Below the pieces are notes generated by a model. The model was given only the letters and a program-made list of their open reading frames with translations, did no database searches and was not told the DNA's origin. Made by a program: the position numbers and the translations under genes. DNA of 63,838 nt, the filler included, from Atractiella rhizophila (taxonomy: Eukaryota), in the NCBI GenBank assembly GCA_021432655.1. It is 12 parts of 12 records of this genome, joined end to end, with 100 filler letters (N's around TTAATTAATTAA, not from the genome) between each part and the next. Parts side by side here need not be neighbours in the genome. Positions count along the whole stretch, not along the records: positions 45,282 to 50,765 come from MU272367.1; positions 50,866 to 56,348 come from MU272368.1; positions 56,449 to 61,927 come from MU272369.1; 9 more parts are not named here. One strand, written 5' to 3'. This document shows positions 48,295 through 58,343 of the stretch, piece after piece (positions within the stretch are counted from its first letter, which is position 1; every line of letters begins with the position of its first letter).

Positions 48295-50765
48295 CTACTC
48301 ATCAATCTTGTCCTGTAAACTTAACGCTGCATCCCGCATCCCTGCCCAGCGCCTTTGAGTGTACTTCGTCGTTCTTGCTTCGGCTACTGCAGTTAACTTC
48401 TCCAGGGATTTTGCGTTCCAACCGTCATGTCGGTAGATTTCGTGATCTAAGTTGCCTTTGCTGAGCTCTTTTAAGACCGTGCTACTCGCTAATGTAACTA
48501 TGCCCATAGCCGGACGAAAAAGAGGTTCGCCATCGACTTCGCGACTACGACCGTAGTACGGAGGCGCGAGGAGCGTTGCATGGTACAGGTCGCGGCTCCT
48601 CCAACCGTGCACCGAACCACCAGGCGTTGTGAGCACAAGCTGGACAGAATTTGTCAGTCGTGGGCACTCGGGGGCTTCGTACTCACATCAAACGCTGGAA
48701 AGAACATTGAATTCGCCAAAGGGCATGTCTCGCACTCTTCATTGAATGCATTGTGGCTGTATGTAAAGTTGCGATCAGTTATGTCGACGTGAGATGGTCC
48801 CACGTAGGCGCTAGCACAGTACTGGGTGACGGGGAGAAATTGGAGATTTGCTTTCAAGGGATGTTCCAGGTTGGACATGCTCCAGTCGTAATAGATTTCC
48901 GGAACAACCTTTTCCATCAAAGTCAGGAGGCGGCATCCGATTACTGAATTCGTTTGAACAACTGCGGATGTATAAACGGTTGACGTACCACTGTTGCTAT
49001 CTGCCAGCTCGAGCTTACATCTATCTCTTCTGTCCCCTTCCACGCGCTTAGATTCTATGAGGTCTTCATCGTCGATATTTTCACGAGGCCTCTAGGAGAT
49101 AGGAACCTTACTCCACTAGATCCGCAGCACTGAACCGACTCACCTTGCCTAGTCCGCTGATCTTTGGCGCAAAAGGTCCAATGCTCCTCCGTACCTGAGC
49201 TGCGCGTTGGCCAGAAAATCCGCTCATGCGCCCTCGAGAGGTATTGGCTCGGGCTTTATGCCGAACTATGGGAGCAAGTAGGTCTAGAGTCGACAATATT
49301 GCATCTATCGCATCCCAATCCATGTCGTCATCGAGAATGTTGAAATGTTCGCTGGCGATCTGTACATTTGAGTCAGGTTATTTGTGATGCGAATGATTGC
49401 AAGAACAAAAATACTAAAGCTTCCAAAGGTAATCTATCGCCATTTTCTGGAATCCAATCTGGATCAGCCATAGGATGATTGTTCTTCACCAGCCAATCTT
49501 GGTCTAGGATATAAACTGATTCTGGTTCATCGGAGCTGGGTTCTATGATCTCCAAGTCGCATAGTTCGAGCACCATTCGCAGACTCTCATCTGCATCTTT
49601 CCTCTTGCGGAATTTCGGGTTCCGTATCGGGGAAGGTGGAAGGCCGACTTCCCCAGATGGATCTATGAAATGGCTCAGCTACATACACCGGCAAAACAAA
49701 GTAGGGAACAGACCACGAAGAAAAAAGAGTTTGTTATCCGTTTCTTTCTCCTTTTTGGCATCGCGGACCCGATTCAGTCGTATGATACGAATCGAAGCAC
49801 GTGCAGCAGCTCGCTCGATTTTCTTGTGGACCTCCCTTTCGCTGATGACCTTAGCTATCCATTTGGCCGCGAAGGGGAAAGTTGTGCAGAATTTTATTTT
49901 CTGATTGGGCTCGACCCGGAGGAGGTCACCGTAAACCTTTTTTGACACTGACTGTCTGCTCGTTTGATACCAGAAGTAACGGATGGAAACGGAAACTAAC
50001 ATAGTCAATAGAGACTTTTAGCAACGTCGGAATGATATTCGACACGAACAAATGCTCCTGGGCGAGGCATTGTAGCGTCATTCCTGTTTAAATTGGATAT
50101 AGTTCGTCCCTGCAACATGAACGAAGGACTACGCACCAGTGACTCCGGGCGCAAATAGTTTCTCATCCTTCACCTCAAGTGAGAGTAGAAGAAAGAAAAG
50201 AAGTGGATAGTGGATGTCCTTTGAGAATGCTCCCTTCGTGCCGGATGCGGTGACCCCTATTATTTCGAGGGCGTCATGTCGTAGCTCCACAAACGTCACT
50301 ATCCTCTCCACCGTCTCCCTATCATCAGATTGTCACATATGTCATTTCGCATCTATGAGAGTGGGAAAAAAACCGACTTGGTAGAGCCTCTGGATAGTGT
50401 GGCCAACAGCCTATAATAACGGCCCTCAAGGTTCCCGATCCCATTAGGTCGGGCGTTCAACATAGACTCGGACGTGCTCAGCAATTCATCCCATCTTTCC
50501 TTTTTTGCATGGCCCTTGGCCTGTTACGATCCTATTCATGTGACAATTGAGTTGGAATGAATCGAAGACTCCCCTCATTAATATGTTTTGCCCAGAGTTT
50601 CTCCGCCATGTAGATCTTGTTGATTATGAAGAGGTGGCAAATGCGAATCACTCCACAATGAGAAATGATGCCCTGGAACCTTGCAGGGCTGGGTTAGTGT
50701 TGAGATAGGGAAGGCTTAGAGCAGTTAGTGCGGCTGTAGTGCAAATGTTACAGCTGGTTCTCCTT
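48295..50765 (-). CDS. TET/JBP-like 2-oxoglutarate/Fe(II) dioxygenase, multi-exon, 5' end uncertain or beyond fragment
   Basis: Spliced product: RGRMSGFSGQR...YVGPSHVDITDRNFT (HxD at 48783-48791)...MFFPAFD|LVLTTPGGSVHGWRSRDLYHATL (distal His at 48580-48582)...RPAMGIV. Intron 48640-48686 has GTGAGT, CTGAC and CAG signals. Confidence 0.7.
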
Positions 50766-50865
50766 NNNNNNNNNNNNNNNNNNNNNNNNNNNNNNNNNNN
50801 NNNNNNNNNTTAATTAATTAANNNNNNNNNNNNNNNNNNNNNNNNNNNNNNNNNNNNNNNNNNNN

Positions 50866-53120
50866 CCGCCTTCTTTTGCTATGGTGGAGTTGAGTGTGAG
50901 CGGGAGGGTGGTCGTGGTTGGGATCTTGAGGTTGGAGTGTGCCCAGAGGTCGACGGAGACGTTAGTGGGCGAAATAGAGTCGTGTACCTGCATTCGTTCA
51001 TCCATTCATTCGTATCAGTCCACCTCTTCCTGGCGAATAAGGGGACACAACTCACGGCGGCGACGATCAACTTCCCTCCAGCATCACTCACACTCTTTCC
51101 CTGTTCCCAAACAAACTTCCACTCCCTCCCCTCATCCGTATACCCAAACCCCCCACACCCTCCATTATCCACCTTCATCCCATCATACTCGAACCAAAAG
51201 CTCTCCACACCATCCGGTACCTTCGCCGCGAAGTTATACCGATAAGCAGAATGATTAGCAGCGGCCATGACCACTCCCGTGATCGTACTAGGGCTCGCAG
51301 CCGTAGTGGACGAAGCCTGTTGAGCGCTTTGTCCCGGAGAAGTCCAATGCATAGTGACCTGAGCCGGGGTCGCATCCAAGACTCGAAATCCGACGTTCAT
51401 CGTTAACTGTCCGTCATCGATGGCCCATAGGACGGGATCGACTTTGTGTTGGGTGGGCTCGTAAATGTCGCTGAGGGTGACGGTGGAGGGAACGGTGTCG
51501 ATGAAACGCTCGAGGAGAGGGCGACAAATGCTGTTGAATGCATAGGCGCTCTCTGCCATTCGTGTGACAGTCACGTTCCCGTCGGCGGAGAAGACGCGGG
51601 CGTCGGAATTTAGGGTGTTGTTTAAGTCTGTGATGAGGGGGTTGATTGAAGTGCCGGAAAGGTATTCTGTTAAGCTGTTCCACGAAGGTAAGATAAGGAA
51701 TATATGAGGAGAGGGAGACTTACACGGCCGGGTCCATCGTCGCTCGTGTGCGATCAAACATCAATATCCCTCCGGTGGTATTATCGATATTTGGAAAGTC
51801 AACATTCCTCACTCCTCCCTATTCCCATTTCCATCATCAACATTACTTTTTCCATCACATGTGAAATCGTTTCAACGCACCATCGAATGACCACAAGCGG
51901 TCAACGAAATCATCTCCTCTTGAGTGAATCCCATGGTAGCGAAGCGATTGGTATGAGTCTCCAACGACTCTTGCGCTTGTGGTACACCGCTAGGACCCGC
52001 GACGTAAGAGTCTATTCGTCCAGAGCGGTAAGAGAGGTAAGGGCCGGAGCAGGAGACAGTTGAGAAGACGACGGCCATAGCTATTAGGTCGGACACTGAT
52101 GCGTACGTCGGCTCCTGTTAGCTTTGATTTTGAAAGAACCATGTGGAGGATGCTCACTTGAGTAGTAGGGGTTGGAGGCTGTTCGGTACTCCTCCAAGGA
52201 GGCTGTTTGACCTGGTCCGACATTCTGCAGGATAGAAAGGAGGTCAGCATTCTCTGATCAGGATGGTATAAGGTAGACAGAAGTGAAGGAGCAATGTGAA
52301 GGCAATCAATAGCACGGTACGGACGCAGAGTTGGCCAAGAGATTCAAACAATCAATTGCCTAAGCTGTGCTTGACAGACGAACCGAAGCCTTTACCTTGT
52401 GACAAGTACCTGGGCAAGCTCATTCTGTCACAAGCACAAGTAGGGTCACGAAAGGAGAGACGGCATCCATCACACTACTGCATCACGGCATTTAGGATCT
52501 TGCGCGATGGCACAGCGATGATGTGCCGAATTGCCTTCGTCTCGCAACCCAGGCAACACAGAACATTCTCTGCTGGATACTCAGGGGCCGGATTACTCTG
52601 CTTTACTCAGAAAGAGAAAATTTCGCAAGTGATCCAAAAAAGAAAAAGTTTGTAGATAGTGCCGTTTGCGCGGGAGAGGTGGGCACGGAATCAAGTCGCT
52701 CGAAATAGGTGGTCCCTCTTCCTCTCTTGCGATGCTCCAATGGGCGAAGCAGCATTGTGAGAAGCAAAAGAAGTCACAGAAGAAAACAAAAAAGCGAGAG
52801 AAAGACATGGGAAAACATACCTCTGGACGATCGAGTTCGAAAGCGATGGAATAATCCAATCCTCCTTCTCCTGTCTGACTATTGTGAGTAGCGATATCAT
52901 GAAACGCGACCCTCATCCACTCCGCCGCGATGGGAGAGACGGTCCTGATGCCTATACACTTCTCGACCTTGTTGGCGAGCGTGAAGCCTCCCTGGGTTAT
53001 GCCTTCGAAGAGGAGGGTTTCGAGACGGGTGTACCCTGGCGAGGGGAAGGGTATGCATGAGGCGTTCTGGGAGGAGGCGGTGGGGAGAAGGGCGTAGAGG
53101 GAGAGGAGAAGGGGTAACAT
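50866..53120 (-). CDS. Secreted heme peroxidase (hybrid-B/WSC-associated type), 3' truncated
   Basis: Signal peptide; distal AAEWMRVAFHDIATHN; GGLDYSIAFE, SDLIAMA, GRID and GFTQEEMISLTACGHS (proximal His). Confidence 0.85.
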
Positions 53121-53326
53121 TAGATTAAGAAGTAATAATCAGATCAGAGAGTGAGATTGACGATTCGCGTTTCGCCGTTTTCAAAGTTGCTGAACTCCTG
53201 ACGCTGATGATGTCGATAATGTTGATAATGCAAGTTGATGCGTCTAAAGATACTTGATGCCGACTGCCCCTTTCTCTGCTTTTCAGACAAGACAACAGCA
53301 ACACTCTCTATCCATCTCACTGAAAA

Positions 53327-55672
53327 ATGCCAGCAGCAGCCGTGCGTGTCTTGCCCATCCATAACTCACCAAAGCAGGCACTCACCCAAGCATGCGGCGG
53401 CAGATACGAAGAAAGCTAGTGATAGTCGGCGACGGAGCATGTGGGAAGACCTCTCTCCTTAGTGTGTTTGCCATGGGCGAATTCCCTTCGGTACGTCACC
53501 CTTCCTCTGCTCCTCTCGTTGGTCTGGCGTGGTGTAAGGAGGACGAGAGCTGACGTTTCTCTTTCGATTTGCTCGATATTCCTCCATCCCTCGCCTGGTA
53601 CGACCACGCGTGGCGCGGTGCCTTGTCGGTGACATTGACGTCCACGGTATTTTCGACACTTCCAATATTGCCCCTCTCCTCAAATATCTCAATATCAAAT
53701 CGCCTACACCTTCTTCTACCCCACGTCTCTCCATTCCTCACATTGCATTGACGGATATGTCGGATGTGGAATGACACTGGGATGCTGCTGGGTGGATGGG
53801 GTGGATTGGATTTGTGGAATGGTGGAATGGTAGGAATACGAGCCTACGATCTTTGAAAACTACGTGGCAGAGATTAGGTTAGATGGGAAAGCGGTACAGC
53901 TAGCATTGTGGGATACAGCGTGCGTCTCCTCTTCCTTCTTACATTTCCATTACATCGTTTGTTGGTTGAGTCGGACTCTGCATCTTCGCCTCCGCCTCTG
54001 GATGGGAGGACATCCACCGGCTCAGTCCAGCCGCAGGTTAACTAGTATGGTATTTGTGAATTGAAACTGTAAGATGAGAAATTTTACAGTGCGCAGAGCG
54101 CAGAGAGAGCGGGAACGATGTCGCGCCCGGGATCGATACGTAATCTCGCATAATATTTGGTGCGGATTGTGATGTTTGTTTCTCTCTCGTTGTCACCATA
54201 CCTTTCTTCCTCACTCTCTCCTATCCTATGAAAAGAGAAGAAGAGAAGGGATATGTCTGTCATGCCGTCATTTGTCTTTTCTTCCACCCATTCCATTTCC
54301 GCAGACTGGTGTTGAAACAGGGAGGGCTGGCATTTGTTGTGCTCCCGAACCTCCATCTGTCCATGAGGGGATGGGACTCGGTGGTGAAAACAGAAAGAGA
54401 CGACATCATTTTCTTTCGCAATAATCATTGTGTCGGTTGAGACTTCACTCATTTTCGTTGCGCTCTTCCTCTCCTCTCATGTCCATCCTTCGTCTATCTC
54501 CTTGTCCTGATGCAATCCCTGAGCTTGTCTCCAAACATTGTCAGTTGTCAGGAAGGTGTGGGCGGATAGTTGTAACTAGGGTCAGTTGGGAAGAAGGGAC
54601 GAGCGCACGATTGTTTACTTGCCCACGTCTTCATATTCTGTCCCTTGATACAGGATTCGTACACTTCATTGATACGATGTGAGGGGCCGCATGATGAGCA
54701 GGGCGGAGTGATTGCCCCAGCGCTTCCATTGACCACTGCTCCAAGTTTGTTCGATTGTTGCTAGACGTTGCTTTTTCTTTCGAGTTTTTATCTTGTCGGT
54801 TGCCTACTGCAGCATTTCGTACGGCGAGCTGTAGGACCATCAGTCAAACGCTTTTTCTCCACCGGCTCCGAATCAAAAAAATCACGAGTCGTCCTTCTGG
54901 TCGAGGTACGAACTAATGTGATGTGGTGTTGAAGGAGCAATTGTGGACTGGAAGAAGCATTGTTTATCGGTTGATAGCCTTTCCTCCACCTTGTTTACGA
55001 GCCATATCTTTTCTGGGCAATGAGGCGGCATTGCTTAGCGGAACCGCGGTTTTCATAACCCATCCCTTAAACCTCTGATCATTTTGTGATATTCCATGAG
55101 CTGACTACTTCTTCCAGAGGTCAGGAAGAATATGAGGTGTGTACTTCCTGCATCTAATCTCATGGACGATGTCTGATGACGAATAATAGCGACTGCGACC
55201 GCTGTCCTATTCCAAATCGCATGTTATCCTCATCGCCTTCTCCATCGATACCCACGATTCGCTCGACAACGTACAGACAAAATGGATCGAAGAAGTCCGA
55301 TCTATTTGCGGCGAAGAAATACCCGTCCTCCTCGTCGGTTGCAAAATGGATCTTCGTAAAGGAGGGCCCAATGAGGTCTCAAAGGCTCAGGTCCGTCGTG
55401 CTCCAGCTTCATAAAAGTTAGGGAGGTAGGCTGACAGTTTGGGATAGGGTGAACAGATCGCGCTTCAGATTGGTGCTAGGACCTACCTCGAATGCTCCGC
55501 GCTGAAGAATGAAGGTGTAGATGACGTTTTCGAGGCTGCGACCAGAGCTGCGATGCTGGTGAGGACACATGGAGGGACCGGAAGCGGGGATTACAAGGGG
55601 TCTAAGAAGTCGAAAGGGAGCGATGGAAGAGAGAAGAGGCGGAAGGACAACTCGTGCTGCGTCCTCGCTTAG
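53327..55672 (+). CDS. RHO2: Rho-family GTPase Rho2
   Basis: Motifs [66 protein letters not shown] and ECSA, with C-terminal CCVLA* (CAAX). Confidence 0.92.
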
Positions 55673-56188
55673 AATCCCTCTCGCTGTCCTCCCCCCTGTG
55701 CCCCCGCTCCCGCGCTGCTCAGCTCTCGAATGTCCTGTTGTCATGCAATGCGATGGAAGGATGGATGGTCGATTTCTCTTTGTGTGTTTCTATTGACATG
55801 CGCTTTCTCCATTCCTCTTGATTCCCACTTCACCGACAGACACTAGATCATCTCAACACTCGTACTCATCTCTCATTCCGTAATCGCTTTCATCCGTACC
55901 TTACGTATACTTTATATTTTGTGACATCTTTCCGTCCGAGTCGCTGTCTTCTTTTTATTGTTTTCATTCCATCAAAAATAGTAAATCTTGATACACCGCG
56001 AGAGAAACACAATGCGATTAGGCATCTCTAGCATGTGGTTGAGGGTTTGGCACAACGCTTGTTGTCCGACTACATATAGGGGAGGAATCGATCAGTCACG
56101 TGACACTGACACTGACACAAGTCATTTGTTGTTTTCCAACGTCCATCAACCCTTCACAGCAGAACTCCTCTTCAAGCATTTGTCTGTC

Positions 56189-56348
56189 ATGAGTGAGCTC
56201 CAAGATTTCCTCAAGAAATTATCCGAATCCCAAACGACTATTCTCGCCAGTATGGAGGCAATGAGGGCAACAATGGAGTGCCATTCCCAGGACATTAGGG
56301 AGCTCATGACCATGAAAGAAGACATCAAGATTATCAAGGAAGATGTCA
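56189..56348 (+). CDS. Start of a coiled-coil protein, truncated by fragment end
   Basis: MSELQDFLKKLSESQ...MKEDIKIIKEDV shows a heptad pattern. Confidence 0.35.
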
Positions 56349-56448
56349 NNNNNNNNNNNNNNNNNNNNNNNNNNNNNNNNNNNNNNNNNNNNTTAATTAA
56401 TTAANNNNNNNNNNNNNNNNNNNNNNNNNNNNNNNNNNNNNNNNNNNN

Positions 56449-58096
56449 TAAAGAGAGACGTACTCTAGGGCATGTCCTAGTATCCAACAAGAATCCATAC
56501 ACCGTCCCATCGCCCCCACAGTAAGAACAAAGCCAGCCTCCCAAGCTTGGGTCGCCCGCTCTGACGACACGCGCACCAGGAGGAGGGCCATATGACGGCG
56601 TGATCCTTGGGTACGGCTGCTGGTGGAGGGCAGGGGAGCCATATCCTGGATATCCCGGTTGGGGATGAGGGTGCTGAGGCGGACGCTGATGTTGGGCTTG
56701 GGAGGACGCTGGTGAGTGGAAGGAGGGCAGAGGGCGTTGCAGGACGTAGCCTGGAGGCGGGGCGGAGCTGTGATTGTAGGGTCGGGAGTAGTGATCCCAA
56801 CACTTTTTCGCCATCGAATCTCAGTGACAATGATAACCTTGGAGGACTAAGAACTCACTCGTCGACATGGGTTGTTCGGATCATATGCCTTGTATCTGTC
56901 CCCAAAAGAAATGTCAGAAAGAAGCAGCAGGATGGAGAGTGAAGATTGACCCGGTATTGTTACATTTGTCGCAGTGGTAGGAAGCCGGGTGGATGAGGAT
57001 GTTGCCATTGTGTAAGAGGGGACGACCAGGGATAGGAGTTGTGGCTGTTCCAAGGAAACTGTCAGCGTGGTTTCTTCTATATGCGTGGATACGCTCAAAG
57101 AACTCTGAAGCAGTAGGAGGCACAGTTTCCTTTCTGTTTCACACATAAAGTCTCAAATTCAGTGGATGCCTCCATGCTCGTTCTCATTGTTTTCTTTTAT
57201 GCAGCTATCTTCGTCCAACAAGTCCATAACGGTCACAACTGCTTGGGTCACGGTTTATCGAGCCCTCAAACGACTTGGGAACATTATGATTGCACGTGGA
57301 TCGAAGAATCTCCAGGAGGAAATAATAGTGTCCCTCCCTCCATTCTATCCTTGTTTTTCTCTGCGAATATAAGTTCTTAGACATTATGGATATTTAAGTT
57401 GATTATTGCGTTCCTGCGCACAGGCACGCCGAAGACCGAACGAAGCAGGATGGATGCATCGCAAGAAGGCATGAATAAGAATGAACAAGGAAATAGAGAT
57501 TGAGAATCTTCAGCTTGCCTCTTAGAGAGGACTTCGACAAGCTCAATGCATAACCGCAGCAGGGCAGAGTAAACGTTGAATCAATAAATATTTTGAGAAG
57601 GCGGAGAAGAAAGAAGAAAATACGAAGAATCCGTCGGGTCGAATATCAAGAGACAAAGGAGTTGGAAGCAAGCCGAGCTCACAAGGCTGATAAGCATTCC
57701 CGCCACCTCCCCCTGTGACATTCCCGCCGCTCCCACTTTGTCTAGACTGGGACTGAGACTGAGGAGCGGTTGAAGGAGGGGCGAATCGAACGGCGTCGTT
57801 GCGGAAGGGATGGGAGGGACCGGCTTCGAGGATTGTGTCTTCTGGACGGAGAGTGTAGGCCGGCTGTGGTCCAGACAGTCAGCAGAAAATCACGCAACCA
57901 CCCAGATATCATCATAGTATGTTTGACAGAAATTCTAGAGATAATCATCTCTGCAGCAACATTCATGTTGAGTGAACAAAGACATGTCGATGCTGGAGAG
58001 GAGGCACAACTTCCAAATACTTACTGGTGGCTCGTCGTTGTCTGGCTCCGCGTTGAGAGTATCCGAGCGGCGTGGTGGTAGCGCTGGTGCAGACAT
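56449..58096 (-). CDS. HUA1: Hua1-like proline-rich zinc-finger protein, 3' truncated
   Basis: Motifs DEPPPAYT (spliced), PIPGRPLLHNG, CDKCNNTGYKAYDPNNPCRKCW and VVRAGDPSLGGWLCSYCGGDG. Confidence 0.8.
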
Positions 58097-58343
58097 TTGG
58101 TGGAATCGAGTGATAAAGGTCGGTGGGAGTTGGTCGAGAACTTAAGTTCTGGAGTTGATAGTCCGATCAAGAATAAGAATCAGACCAAGAGTCATGCATC
58201 CCAACACTTTCTGAATATCCGAACAACCAACGCGAACCACGCCTGCTTCCTTTGACAGCTTATCACTATATCCCCTTCTAAAGCATCATACTAGACTGTT
58301 GCTCGTACAAGAAAATACTGAGATAGGAAGAACTTAGGGAGAA

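Noticed and set aside
57125..57730. Solo LTR inserted in HUA1 (TGTCACA-like end and CATTCCCGCC repeats)
   Set aside because: The repeats are coding (GSGGNVTGGGGGNAY) and no TSD is present. The region is better explained as intron(s), possibly with a small unseen exon.
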